Assembly: GCA_047973085.1 (NCBI GenBank)
Contig: JBKEBI010000070.1
Coordinates: 1,338 to 65,337, forward strand
Length of the DNA stretch: 64,000 nt
Reading direction: 5' to 3'
Origin: Bacilli bacterium
GTDB lineage: Bacteria > Bacillota_I > Bacilli_A > JBKEDG01
The notes beneath the pieces were generated by a model. That model ran no database searches, had not been told where the DNA came from, and saw only the letters and a list, made by a program, of their open reading frames with translations. A program made the position numbers and the translations under genes. Each line of letters opens with the position of its first letter. The stretch's first letter is position 1. This document shows, in pieces, positions 52,809-63,457 of the stretch.

Positions 52809-53672
52809 ATGCATTACAAAAAAGTAAAAAGTATTCTTTCAACTAAAGATAGAATGAATTTATATCGTGGATGTACACATGGGTGCATATACTGTGATTC
52901 TAGAAGTACATGCTATCAAATAAAACATGAGTTTGAAGATGTTGAAATAAAAGAAAATGCAATCGAACTTTTAGAAAACACTCTATTTAAAAAAAGAAAA
53001 AAATCAATGATAGAAATGGGATCAATGACAGACCCATATCTTCCAATAGAAAAAACTGTTTGTCACACTAGACAAGCACTTGAAACAATATATAAACATG
53101 GATTTGGTGTGTCATTAATAACAAAATCTGATCTAATCTTACGTGATGTAGATATTTTAAAAAAAATTAATGAACGCTCCAAATGTGTAGTTCAAATAAC
53201 TATAACAACTATTGATGATAGTTTATGTAAAATAATTGAACCTAATGTGGCAATTACAAGTAAAAGAATGAAAGTATTAGAAATTATGCAAAAAGAAAAT
53301 ATTCCTACTGTAGTTTGGTTAACCCCTATTCTTCCATATATTAATGATACAGAAGAAAACATTACAAGAATTATTGATAAGTGTATTGAATATGGAGTAA
53401 AAGGTATTATGTGTTTTAATATAGGTTTAACACTAAGAGAAGGTAATAGAGAGTATTTTTATAGTCAACTTGATAAAAATTTTCCTGGTTTAAAACAAAA
53501 ATATATAAATATGTATGGAAATAATTATATTATTGAAAGTAAAAATAATCAAAAATTAATGAATATTTTCATAAAAAAATGTAGAGAAAATAACATAATG
53601 TATGATACAAACCAAATTTTTGAATATTTACATCATATGGAAGAAAAAGAAAAACAACTTAGTTTATTTTAA
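52809..53672 (+). CDS. Radical SAM protein, SplB-like (COG1533 'DNA repair photolyase' family)
   Basis: CTHGCIYC CxxxCxxC cluster near the N-terminus; 287 aa. Confidence 0.55.
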   Translation: MHYKKVKSILSTKDRMNLYRGCTHGCIYCDSRSTCYQIKHEFEDVEIKENAIELLENTLFKKRKKSMIEMGSMTDPYLPIEKTVCHTRQALETIYKHGFGVSLITKSDLILRDVDILKKINERSKCVVQITITTIDDSLCKIIEPNVAITSKRMKVLEIMQKENIPTVVWLTPILPYINDTEENITRIIDKCIEYGVKGIMCFNIGLTLREGNREYFYSQLDKNFPGLKQKYINMYGNNYIIESKNNQKLMNIFIKKCRENNIMYDTNQIFEYLHHMEEKEKQLSLF

Positions 53673-53714
53673 ACTGGTGTTTCAACTAAATAATTGACAA
53701 GAAGTTAAAATACA

Positions 53715-54575
53715 TTAAATTCTTAACTCTTCAAATTGTAAAGGTATCATTCCTAATGTAGAATGATATCTTTTATTTGGATAATAATCTTCCAAGTAAT
53801 CAATCATCTCTGAAATTAAGAAATGTTTTGATATATTTATATTAGGATAAACCACTTTCCTTCTTGAAGTTACTAAAAAATGATTCACAAACAGCATTGT
53901 CGTAGGGATTACCCGGTCTTGACATTGAGTGGATTACAGAATATTCTTCAAGTAAATTTCTAAATTCCTTACTTGTATATTGTGATCCTCTATCTGCATG
54001 AATTATCATATCTTCGGTTGAATTAATCTTTAAATATTTTTCTAATTCTCCTGTAACTAGTACACTTTTCATGTTTGTGCTTATCATGTAACATACCAGA
54101 TTTCTTGAATAAATGTCTAATATATTGATAAATATAACATTCCTGTTTTATGGCGAAGATGTGTAATATTGCTACACAATATTTTTCCTTTACTTTCAGC
54201 ATAAAATTCTCTATTTAATAAGTTTTCTCGTATATAATCATCTAGTGATTTTTGATTTCTATACTTACGTTTATGCCTATAACCTACAGCTATTAAATTA
54301 TTATCTCGCATTATTTCTGCCACAACTCTTTTATTAGTTTCTATTCCCTCACTAAATAATTAAAGTGCTATTTTAGGTGAACCATATCTACCTTTATGAT
54401 CTTTAAAAACTCTAATTACTTCTTTTTAGTAATCATTCCTCTTTTTATTTGTGTAAGTGATTTAGGACGACTTTTAAAGTTATAATATCACGCTCTTGTA
54501 ACATTTAAGAGTTTGCAAAGTTCACTTACTGTATATTTATTTCTGTAACCATCAGAATTTAGAGTTCTTAAATAA
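53715..54575 (-). pseudogene. Degenerate IS3-family transposase (orfA HTH remnant plus frameshifted orfB/rve integrase in at least three pieces)
   Basis: Fragments ADRGSQYTSKEF...SMSRPGNPYDNAVCESFF (rve DDE core), the C-terminal piece YYPNKRYHSTLGMIPLQFEE, an N-terminal orfB piece, and an upstream HTH-like remnant. They lie in different frames with intervening stops. Confidence 0.7.
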
Positions 54576-55055
54576 CAAAGAAAATGTATTGCTATTTGGT
54601 AATCCTAGTGTTGGTAAAACACACTTAGCAATAGGATTAGGAATAGAAGCATGCTTATCTAATAAAACTGTTTTATTTATAAGCGTACCTAATTTGATGA
54701 TAGAATTAAAAGAAGCAATGAATTTAAATCAAATTCAAAAGTACAAAAGGAATTTTGAAAAATATGACTTAGTAATATTGTATGAACTGGATATATATTT
54801 GAGAAGGAGGCAAACGAGGTATTATTTAACTTATTGTCAAATAGAAATAATAAAGGCTCAATAATACTTACAACCAACCTAACATTTGAGAGATGGAATG
54901 AAGTATTTAAGGATCAAGTATTAACTGCTACAATTGTTGATAGATTAGCTCATAAGTCACATATCATTGATTTAACAGGTGAAAGTTTTAGAGCAAAGGA
55001 AACCATTGATTGGTTAAATAAAAATCAGGTTGCAAGTAGACTCATTTTCACTTGA
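54576..55055 (+). pseudogene. IS21-family IstB helper ATPase fragment (5'-truncated, internally frameshifted)
   Basis: Begins abruptly at the Walker A motif (LFGNPSVGKTHLAIGLG), continues LVILYELD (Walker B), then shifts frame into ...TTNLTFERWNEVF...DRLAHKSHIIDL. The N-terminal ~100 aa are missing exactly where the IS3 remnant abuts. Confidence 0.65.
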
Positions 55056-56748
55056 CAAATACATCATTGGGTCCTATGTTAATAAATATACAATTATCAA
55101 CTTTTTTAATATATCCTTTTTGTGGATAATATGTCATATCCTCAGAAATTTTTTCTTCTTCTACAACTGTTAAACTTTTTATATTACAAGCATTTACATC
55201 ATAACCCAAATAATTTATATATTTAATTAGATATTCTTGCTTCAAATTAGGATATCCTGTTGTTCCAAATGTGTCTAAATATACAATATTGCTATAATAT
55301 GAGAAATCATAGTAGTCTTTCCCTTCATTTTCTAATATTCCCCCATAAAACCTATTTTCAATTGTATTAAATATTTTTCCACGAAGTGTATTCTTTTCTA
55401 TCTGTATGATTGCATCATCATTTTCACTATCATCAATTTTATATTTACCAACAAAATAAATTTTTTGTTCCGTACCATATTTGCTCTCAACATCATGTAT
55501 TATTGTATAAAAAAATCTTTCTTGCTCTACATTCTTTTGCCAATCTCGTTCATAAAACATATTTTGCAAATGAGCACCAGAATATACAGCAAACGCAGAT
55601 ATTATTATAAAACCCTTTTTAAATATTTTTCTATCAAGCATTAAATAGACATATGCACTTCCAAACATCACGAATGTTGCCATAGTTTGAAGTGTTCTTG
55701 GGAGCTGCGACTTACCATCTACTATAGAAATACCAAAAATAGTTAAATTTATCATAATTAGAATAAAGAAATTTATCCATCTTGTTTTTCTATCTTTAAT
55801 AGTAAATATTCCAACAAACATTAAAATTGTTACTATTACATGAAACATGTGTGAAAAACTAAATAAAGCAACAAAATAGTGATCCACAAATATATTAATG
55901 ATCAAACTTTTCAAAGTATGTATGATAGAATCTGAACTTAACCATACACTTTCGGATATTGAAACTCGATCCAATTTATCCACATTTAAAATATTAATTA
56001 ATCCATTAGCAATCAAACTTTCAAAAATAGTAGCTACTATAATTACAATCATTGATATAATTAACAGCTGTAATAGACTAGTAACATTTATTTTACTATT
56101 TCGTGTACTACTAAATAAGCAAATAAATAATATCATCATAAAATACACAAAAACAAATGATTCATACGAGCTTATTAATAGTATCAATAGCAGAGTGATT
56201 ACAATTAAATATTTAATTTTTTGAGTAAGGCAATATTGTATAGTATATACTACTGCAAGTATTGATAGTAAATATCCAAGCGCAGTTAAAACTGTTACTA
56301 ATAAATATTTAAATATTAAAGCATTAGTCGGAAATGTTAACAATAATCCTGTAAATATAGCTAAAACTACATAGTTTTTTATCCCACTAATCATTTTTAA
56401 AAGGGCTGCAGTTAAAACTGAAGCAATTATAAAAATAATAATTGTTATGGCCATTGTAAAAAATACATGATATTGCATTACATCAAATACTTCATGCAAA
56501 ATTTGTCCTACAAATCTACCTTGACTTATAAGACCATAGTTATCAAAAAATCGAATTGTATCTAGATCATCAACACCTGTTGCATGAAAATAAAGAGAAA
56601 AGCCATATGTTAAAAACGTAAAAAAAAGCGTAATTAACATAAATATATTATTAAAAAACAATTTTCTAACATTTTTGAAATAATCATTTAAAAAATCTCC
56701 ATTATATTTAATACAATTAAATTTTAAAAGCTCTTTTAATTTATACAT
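55048..56748 (-). CDS. Polytopic membrane glycosyltransferase, GtrC/GtrII-like (paralog 1)
   Basis: 566 aa, about 12 TM helices, conserved DDLD...F...G.ISQGRFVGQ N-terminal loop and a C-terminal soluble domain. Located in an operon with gtrA and gtrB. Confidence 0.55.
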   Translation of the reverse strand: MYKLKELLKFNCIKYNGDFLNDYFKNVRKLFFNNIFMLITLFFTFLTYGFSLYFHATGVDDLDTIRFFDNYGLISQGRFVGQILHEVFDVMQYHVFFTMAITIIIFIIASVLTAALLKMISGIKNYVVLAIFTGLLLTFPTNALIFKYLLVTVLTALGYLLSILAVVYTIQYCLTQKIKYLIVITLLLILLISSYESFVFVYFMMILFICLFSSTRNSKINVTSLLQLLIISMIVIIVATIFESLIANGLINILNVDKLDRVSISESVWLSSDSIIHTLKSLIINIFVDHYFVALFSFSHMFHVIVTILMFVGIFTIKDRKTRWINFFILIMINLTIFGISIVDGKSQLPRTLQTMATFVMFGSAYVYLMLDRKIFKKGFIIISAFAVYSGAHLQNMFYERDWQKNVEQERFFYTIIHDVESKYGTEQKIYFVGKYKIDDSENDDAIIQIEKNTLRGKIFNTIENRFYGGILENEGKDYYDFSYYSNIVYLDTFGTTGYPNLKQEYLIKYINYLGYDVNACNIKSLTVVEEEKISEDMTYYPQKGYIKKVDNCIFINIGPNDVFVK

Positions 56749-56762
56749 TTTTATCTACCACT

Positions 56763-58456
56763 CCTTCTTATTCATCAATACTATTTTGTCCTATATTAAC
56801 AAATATACACCCATCTTGTTCTTTTATGTATCCATTTTGTGGATAATAATTCATATCTTTAGCCATATCTTTTTCTTCAGTTTCATCTAAATATTCAATA
56901 TCGCATGAATTCACATCATACCCTAAATATATAATATATCTAATAAAGTACTCTTGTTTATGTTATGTTTTAGCATAATCTCCAAAAACATCAATTAGCA
57001 CAGAACTACTGTAATATGCATATGCATAATAGTCAGAACCCTCATTAGTTAATTTGCTATCATAAAATCTTTTATTTATATAATTAAATATCTTTCCAGG
57101 ATAACTATCTTTAGTTATTTGTAAAACAGAATCATCATACCATTTCTGTTCAACATCATACTTACCAATAAAATATACATTTTGTCCACTACCATATTGA
57201 TATTCAACATCATGCATAAGCGTATTTAAAAAGTTTTCTTGTTTTAAATGATTTTTCCATTCTCTTTCATAATATAAATTTTGTAAATGCGCACTTGAAT
57301 ATATTGCAAAAGACACCACAATAATAAATGTTTTTTTAATCCACTTCTTACATAATGCAATATAAACATATCCACTACCAAACATAACAAAGGTTGAAAA
57401 AGTTTGCATTGTTCGCGCTAACTGTACTTTTCCTTCTACAACAGTTATTCCATAAACTGAAATATTTATTAAAATAATTATTAATATGCTTCTCAATAAA
57501 TATTTTCTATCGCTTACAAAAAAAGTAGCAACAAACATAAAAAATACAATTAAAACATAATACATATGAGAAAAATCTAAAAGTCCTATAAAGAAATAAT
57601 TAATAAAAATATTAAAGATTAGTCTTTTGATAGTATACATAGATGGTGATTTAAACCACATACTTTCAGATATAGCGACTCTATTTATTTTTTCTAAATC
57701 TAGGATGTAAATTAGTAAATTAGAAACTAATGATTCTATAAGTGTTGAAACTATTATTAATATACATACATATAATAAAAATTTTATGATTGACTGCGTT
57801 TTAAACCTACTATTAATTCTCAAACTAAATAAAATAAAAAATAAAATCATAGTAAAATAAACAAAAACAAATGATTCATATGAACTAATTGCAAAAACTA
57901 ATAAAGAGATTACTACTAAACTACTTTTGATTTTTTTCTCTAAAATAAAATGAATGGTATATACAACAGCAAATATAGATAGTATATATTCTAAGCTTGT
58001 TAAAACTGTAGCTAAAATAAATTCAAAAATAAAAGCATTTGTTGGAAAAACAAGCATTAAGGCTGTAAACAACGCAATCATAAAGTTATTCTTAATACCA
58101 CTTATCATTTTTAGCAATGCTGCTGTAAAAATAGATGCAACAATAAAGAGAATGATTGTAATAGCCATTGTAAAAAAAGCATGATTCCACATAATATCAA
58201 ATACTTCGTGTAATATTTGTCCAACAAATCTACCTTGCCTTATTAATCCATATTCAACGAAAAATCTATCTCTATCTAAATCATCAGCTCCTATTGCATG
58301 AAAATAAAGATAAAAGCCGTATGTTAAAAACGAAGTACCAAGTAGAAATAACATAAAACAATTACTTTTAATAAGTTCTTTTACTGTATCATAGTATTCT
58401 TTTAGAAAATTTCCATCATAAGTTAAAATATTATCTTTTTTCAATAATTTTTTCAT
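56763..58456 (-). pseudogene. GtrC/GtrII-like paralog 2, interrupted by an in-frame TAA at 56963-56965
   Basis: 497-aa ORF highly similar to paralog 1 (GADDLDRDRFFVEYGLIRQGRFVGQILHEVFD...). Homology to paralog 1's C-terminus (HKQEYFIRYIIYLGYDVNSCDI...NGYIKEQDGCIFVNIG) continues in the same frame directly after the TAA stop. Confidence 0.55.
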
Positions 58457-58477
58457 TAGTTCCTCCTAATTTTTATT

Positions 58478-59374
58478 TTATTTTAAAGAGTCGCCTAATT
58501 TTTTAAATCCATTTTCTAAACTAATTCTAGGATGCCAATTAGGTAAAGTTTTGTAGGCTCTTTTTAATTTCATAATCTCCATAGGACGGTAGTCTTTTCC
58601 ACCCCAATTAACATTAATTTGGCAACCATTAACTTCTTCATATAATTTAACCGTATCTTTAACACTTAAAGTTACTGGTGAATATACATAAAATTCTTCA
58701 TATGTCTCTGAACTATTTATTAAATACTCGTGAGCACACACAAATGCCCTACATACATCTTCTGCATGGGTTAAATTCATATCTTGTTCTCCAAGTGTAA
58801 GATTTGTCTCAATATCAGTACCACAATTTTGTGCAATAAGATTTATTAGTTTTATTCTAATATCCTTTTCCGAATAATTGTCAAACAATTTCAATGTTAA
58901 ACATTTCATTTTTTCCACATCAGAATAATACTTCATCATATCAATAAATGCCTGTTTTGTCGCGGCATAGAGATTTGTTGGAATGTATTCATCTGTACTT
59001 GTAAAATGTTGTGAAAATGTACCTGTATTGATAAAATATTTAATATTATTTTTTTTCATCAACTCAAGCATATGTACTCCTAATTTAATATTACTATCAA
59101 GCATTCTATCAACATCGTTTATTGTATGAAAACCAACTATACAAGATGCTAAATGAAAAATAACATCGACAGTTTTGTTATTAAAGTATATTAAAAGCTT
59201 GTCAAGATCTCCATTATATTCATATACATCAATTTTATCTATAATATCAATCAAATTACTATCATTAAAATTTTCCACATCTAAAACTGTAACATTATAT
59301 CCATCATCAAGTAAGATTTTTACTAAATTAGATCCGATAAAACCAGCACCGCCAGTTACAATTGCATTTTTCAT
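58478..59374 (-). CDS. NAD(P)-dependent sugar epimerase/reductase (SDR), likely CDP-4-keto-6-deoxyhexose reductase/epimerase
   Basis: VTGGAGFIGSNL Rossmann motif and YAATK catalytic motif. Start taken at MKNAIVTGG (59374), immediately after the gtrB stop. Sits in the rfbFG/gtr operon. Confidence 0.65.
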   Translation of the reverse strand: MKNAIVTGGAGFIGSNLVKILLDDGYNVTVLDVENFNDSNLIDIIDKIDVYEYNGDLDKLLIYFNNKTVDVIFHLASCIVGFHTINDVDRMLDSNIKLGVHMLELMKKNNIKYFINTGTFSQHFTSTDEYIPTNLYAATKQAFIDMMKYYSDVEKMKCLTLKLFDNYSEKDIRIKLINLIAQNCGTDIETNLTLGEQDMNLTHAEDVCRAFVCAHEYLINSSETYEEFYVYSPVTLSVKDTVKLYEEVNGCQINVNWGGKDYRPMEIMKLKRAYKTLPNWHPRISLENGFKKLGDSLK

Positions 59375-59375
59375 C

Positions 59376-60323
59376 TTATTCACCATCCTCGGAGAAATTA
59401 ATTCTCTCTTCTTCAATTACATGAGGTCGCTTCATAACTCTTGTATTAATACTTAAAATATATTCTCCCACAATACCTATAAAAAATAATTGCACAGCCC
59501 CTAAAAAGAATACTCCAACTAAAAGTGATGGAAATCCTAAAGCAAATTTATCCCAATTTAACGCCTTTTGAAAGGCCACTACAATTGCAAAAATAAATGA
59601 TAAAAATCCAACAAAAACTCCCATAAAAATAGCTAATCTAAGAAAAACAGTAGTATATGAAGTTATTCCTTGCATTGCTACATCATAGTTTCGTATAAAA
59701 TTGAAATTTGAAAAACCTCTATTACTTTTTTCTTGAGTATATTGGATGATTTTAATATTTGATCCAAATTCAACTACAATCCCTTTAAGATATGGATTGG
59801 GATCGTCTATTTCATGCAAAATATTAATAAATTTTTTATCATACAAACCAAATCCAACAAAATGTTTAATTTGATCAATTTCACCAAATCTATCCATTAT
59901 CCAATAAAAAATTGATCTAAACTTAAACATTAACCAATTTTCCTTACTAACTAGCTTTTGTCCAACTACAACTTGATGCCCTTTTTCCCATTCAGATATA
60001 AAATCAACAATTAATTCAGGTGGATCTTGTAAATCTCCATAAACTAAAAAGGTAGCTTCACCAGAACCTTGTTTCAAAGCATGAAAAACATTTCTTGAAA
60101 ATCCAAAATTTTTACTATTAAAAATACATTTTACACGCTTATCTTGTGCTGCAAGTTTTCTAAGTAAAGTTCTTGTATTATCTTCAGAACAATTATCAGC
60201 AAAAATCAATTCAAAATCATAATTTAAAAGTTGACTTTCAAAAACACTTAAAATTCTATCATATATAACTTCAACACTTTTTTCTTCATTAAATGTAGGA
60301 ACTACTACACTAATTATTTTCAT
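59376..60323 (-). CDS. gtrB: GT2 polyprenyl-phosphate glycosyltransferase (GtrB/CsbB-like)
   Basis: VVVPTFNEE and ADNCSED GT-A motifs plus two C-terminal TM helices. Confidence 0.8.
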   Translation of the reverse strand: MKIISVVVPTFNEEKSVEVIYDRILSVFESQLLNYDFELIFADNCSEDNTRTLLRKLAAQDKRVKCIFNSKNFGFSRNVFHALKQGSGEATFLVYGDLQDPPELIVDFISEWEKGHQVVVGQKLVSKENWLMFKFRSIFYWIMDRFGEIDQIKHFVGFGLYDKKFINILHEIDDPNPYLKGIVVEFGSNIKIIQYTQEKSNRGFSNFNFIRNYDVAMQGITSYTTVFLRLAIFMGVFVGFLSFIFAIVVAFQKALNWDKFALGFPSLLVGVFFLGAVQLFFIGIVGEYILSINTRVMKRPHVIEEERINFSEDGE

Positions 60324-60711
60324 CTACTTTTCCCCCTTTAAAGCCCCAATATTTATTTAAAATATAGTTTATTGGAGTTGTTATCATCACTCCAAAAATA
60401 GGAGCAATTTTTTCGTTTATACTCATAATATCAACAAATAAATACATTAAAAAAGTATATACAATTAAAGAAAATATATAAATTGAATACACTTTTACTA
60501 TACTGTTAAAACTATGTTTTACTTTGAAAACAAAGAATCTATTCATAACATATGCATTTAAAATACTTAAAAAATAAGCAAAAATTGTTGCTATTAAATA
60601 ATGAATATTTAATAATAGTAATAAATTATAAACTGAAATATTAATTGCAAAGTTAATAAAACCTATAATACAAAAAAATATAAATTTTTTAGAAAAAAAA
60701 TCATTACGCAT
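60310..60711 (-). CDS. gtrA: GtrA-family small membrane protein (lipid-linked sugar flippase)
   Basis: 133 aa with 4 TM helices, located immediately upstream of gtrB. Confidence 0.7.
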   Translation of the reverse strand: MRNDFFSKKFIFFCIIGFINFAINISVYNLLLLLNIHYLIATIFAYFLSILNAYVMNRFFVFKVKHSFNSIVKVYSIYIFSLIVYTFLMYLFVDIMSINEKIAPIFGVMITTPINYILNKYWGFKGGKVDENN

Positions 60712-60738
60712 TTATTATCTCCTTAAATCGTATAATAT

Positions 60739-61779
60739 TTATAGCTTATCAATAAAGTATTGAATCTGTCTATTTGTCACATCATTTTTATCACTACATT
60801 TTGCCCATTCTACACATAAAGCAATCGCTTCATCAACATTAAAAAGAGGTTGCCAATTTAAAATGTTTTTTGATTTAGAACAATCAAGTTTTAAAAATCC
60901 AGCTTCATGTGGTCCATTATTATTAATAATTTTAAATGAAGCATTTTCCTTCCACTCATTACAAAACTTTTCTACTAGAGTACCTGTTGTAATACAATCT
61001 TCTTCATTTGGACCAAAATTATAACATCCTTCAAAACTTTTATTATTATATTGCTTTATTGCAAGCAATAAATACCCACTTATACAATCCATAACATGCT
61101 GATAAGGTCTTGTAGAATTTGGATTCCTAATAATGATTTCTTCCTTGTTAGCTGCATATTTTATGCAATCAGGTATTATTCTATTTGCAGAAAAGTCTCC
61201 TCCACCAATTACATTACCTGATCTTGCAGTAGAAACTGAAATATTATCTTTTAAATCGAAAAAAGATTTTTTATAACTATATGAAACAAGTTCACTACAT
61301 GATTTTGAATTTGAATATGGATCATATCCACATAACTCTTCATTTTCACGATATCCCCAATTCCACTCTCTATTTAAATAAACTTTATCTGTAGTTACGT
61401 TAATAAAAGATTTAATGCAATCTAAACTTCTAACAACTTCTAAAATATTAACTGTTCCCATCACATTAACATCATATGTATACACTGGTTCATCATATGA
61501 ATCTCTAACTAACGGCTGTGCTGCAAGATGTAAAACTATATCAGGTTGAAACTTTTCAATACAAGACTTTAAAAAAGTAAAATCTCTTATATCTCCTTCA
61601 AAATGAGTAATCTTATTTTTTGTTTTCAAAATATCAAACATCTCATATGTTTGATGAGAATAGCCTGCAACTTCTGCACCGAATTTTAGCAATATTTCTG
61701 TTAACCAAGTTCCCTTAAAACCTGTATGTCCAGTAATAAGAACTTTCTTACCTCTATAAAAATCTACCATTTTTTCCAT
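60739..61779 (-). CDS. rfbG: CDP-glucose 4,6-dehydratase
   Basis: KKVLITGHTGFKGTWL Rossmann N-terminus, an SDR-extended fold, and adjacency to rfbF. Confidence 0.85.
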   Translation of the reverse strand: MEKMVDFYRGKKVLITGHTGFKGTWLTEILLKFGAEVAGYSHQTYEMFDILKTKNKITHFEGDIRDFTFLKSCIEKFQPDIVLHLAAQPLVRDSYDEPVYTYDVNVMGTVNILEVVRSLDCIKSFINVTTDKVYLNREWNWGYRENEELCGYDPYSNSKSCSELVSYSYKKSFFDLKDNISVSTARSGNVIGGGDFSANRIIPDCIKYAANKEEIIIRNPNSTRPYQHVMDCISGYLLLAIKQYNNKSFEGCYNFGPNEEDCITTGTLVEKFCNEWKENASFKIINNNGPHEAGFLKLDCSKSKNILNWQPLFNVDEAIALCVEWAKCSDKNDVTNRQIQYFIDKL

Positions 61780-62534
61780 TTTGCTTTTCCTTCTTCAATA
61801 AGTTCTTCTAGATATTCTTTATCTCTTAATGTGTCCATACACTGCCAAAATCCATTATATTTATATGCACCAAGTTCATTATTTTGAGCAAGAGATTCAA
61901 GCGGAAAACGCTCTAAGATTTCATTATCATTTCTTAAATAATCAAATATTTCTTTTTCTAGAACCATAAATCCACCATTAATATACCCCATATCATCTTT
62001 TGATTTTTCTCTAAATGCATGGATCTCAGATTTATTCCCTATTTCCAAAATACCAAATCTTCCTTCTGGACGTACAGCAGTAAGTGTAGCTTTAAATTTA
62101 GAATTCTTATGAAATTCAATTAGTTCGTTAATATTTAAATCACATACTCCATCTCCATATGTTAGCATAAAAGTTTCATCTCCAACATACTCTTGAATTC
62201 GTTTAACTCTTCCACCAGTCATTGTATCTAATCCAGTATCAATAAGAGTTACATTCCATGGTTCAGAAAAATTATTATGAACTTTCATAGTATTATCTTT
62301 CATATTAAAAGTTACATCCGAAGTATGTAAATAATAATTTGCAAAGTACTCTTTAATTTTATAAGCTTTATATCCAAGACAAATAATAAAGTCATTATGT
62401 CCATAATGTGAATACATTTTCATTATGTGCCACAAAATTGGTTTTCCTCCAATTTCTATCATTGGTTTTGGAATTAAATGACTCTCTTCAGATATTCTTG
62501 TACCATATCCACCAGCTAAGATTACTACTTTCAT
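61764..62534 (-). CDS. rfbF: Glucose-1-phosphate cytidylyltransferase
   Basis: MKVVILAGGYGTRISEE...KPMIEIGGKPILWHIMKMYS is a hallmark of RfbF/DdhA. Confidence 0.9.
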   Translation of the reverse strand: MKVVILAGGYGTRISEESHLIPKPMIEIGGKPILWHIMKMYSHYGHNDFIICLGYKAYKIKEYFANYYLHTSDVTFNMKDNTMKVHNNFSEPWNVTLIDTGLDTMTGGRVKRIQEYVGDETFMLTYGDGVCDLNINELIEFHKNSKFKATLTAVRPEGRFGILEIGNKSEIHAFREKSKDDMGYINGGFMVLEKEIFDYLRNDNEILERFPLESLAQNNELGAYKYNGFWQCMDTLRDKEYLEELIEEGKAKWKKW

Positions 62535-62647
62535 AAATACACCTCTTTTATTTATTTATTTTTTCTATTATAACATATTTGTATTACATTTTACCATTAA
62601 ATATCATAGTATTTTAAAATCTATTAAATTAATAATCTTAATAATTT

Positions 62648-63457
62648 TTATAAGAAATCAGGATAAAATTTTCTTAGTCTTCCTTGTAAAACAGCACCTA
62701 ATATAAGCAGTAAAAAAACAACTCCCCAGAAGTATAAATGATAATTAATTGTAATATAATTTGATACTTGAAAAGATTCTCTAAAACCACACAAAATATA
62801 AGTTATTGGGTTGGCTAAAATTAGTTTTTTAACAATTGCTAAATCTGTTAAACCACCAATTGACTCTACTGACCAAAATATTGGTATAAAATAAATAATT
62901 ATTCTTATAATTGCCATATACAACTCCTTAAAGTCCTTTGATATAGCAATAAATCCTGAAATAAAATGAGTAAAAGCTATCATTAGCATTATCATTGCAA
63001 AATTATAATAAATAAATAACAGCGGTTGAATATTTTTTAAATAACCAAAAAATGCTAAAATAATAAATCCTATCACATATGTTAATGATCTTCTATAAAA
63101 TATTGATAATGTTTCATACGTTGGAATAATACTAACAGGAAACTTTATACTCTTAAATATTGATCGATTTCTAATTAAGCATTGACTTCCTGTTGATAAT
63201 ACTTCTGATATAAAAAACCATGCAAGCATACCAGTGACTAAATAAACTGTTCTTGGTGCTCCATCAATACTTCCTCCACGATAAATAAAAGTCATAAAGA
63301 AACTATATGTTACTAAATAAATAATATCTTTATATAAAGACCAAAAAATCCCTAAAGAAGTTCCAGCATAATGTTTTCGTGTACTAGATATTGATAATGA
63401 TATTAATTGTTTAAATGAAGAAATATGCTCATTTAAAAATAATTTAATTGTAGACAT
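62648..63457 (-). CDS. ABC-2 type polysaccharide/teichoic-acid export permease (Wzm/TagG-like)
   Basis: 269 aa with 6 TM helices and an ABC-2 family signature; overlaps the upstream ATPase gene (ATGA). Confidence 0.75.
   Translation of the reverse strand: MSTIKLFLNEHISSFKQLISLSISSTRKHYAGTSLGIFWSLYKDIIYLVTYSFFMTFIYRGGSIDGAPRTVYLVTGMLAWFFISEVLSTGSQCLIRNRSIFKSIKFPVSIIPTYETLSIFYRRSLTYVIGFIILAFFGYLKNIQPLLFIYYNFAMIMLMIAFTHFISGFIAISKDFKELYMAIIRIIIYFIPIFWSVESIGGLTDLAIVKKLILANPITYILCGFRESFQVSNYITINYHLYFWGVVFLLLILGAVLQGRLRKFYPDFL

Noticed and set aside
53715-54323. Three short minus-strand ORFs (60, 81, 68 aa) as separate genes
   Set aside because: They are consecutive pieces of one IS3-family orfB (rve integrase) in different frames.
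54589-55055. ORF-track entries 54589..54864 and 54834..55055 as two independent genes
   Set aside because: Together they reconstitute one IstB-like ATPase across a frameshift, and the first begins mid-domain at the Walker A motif. These are fragments of one pseudogene.
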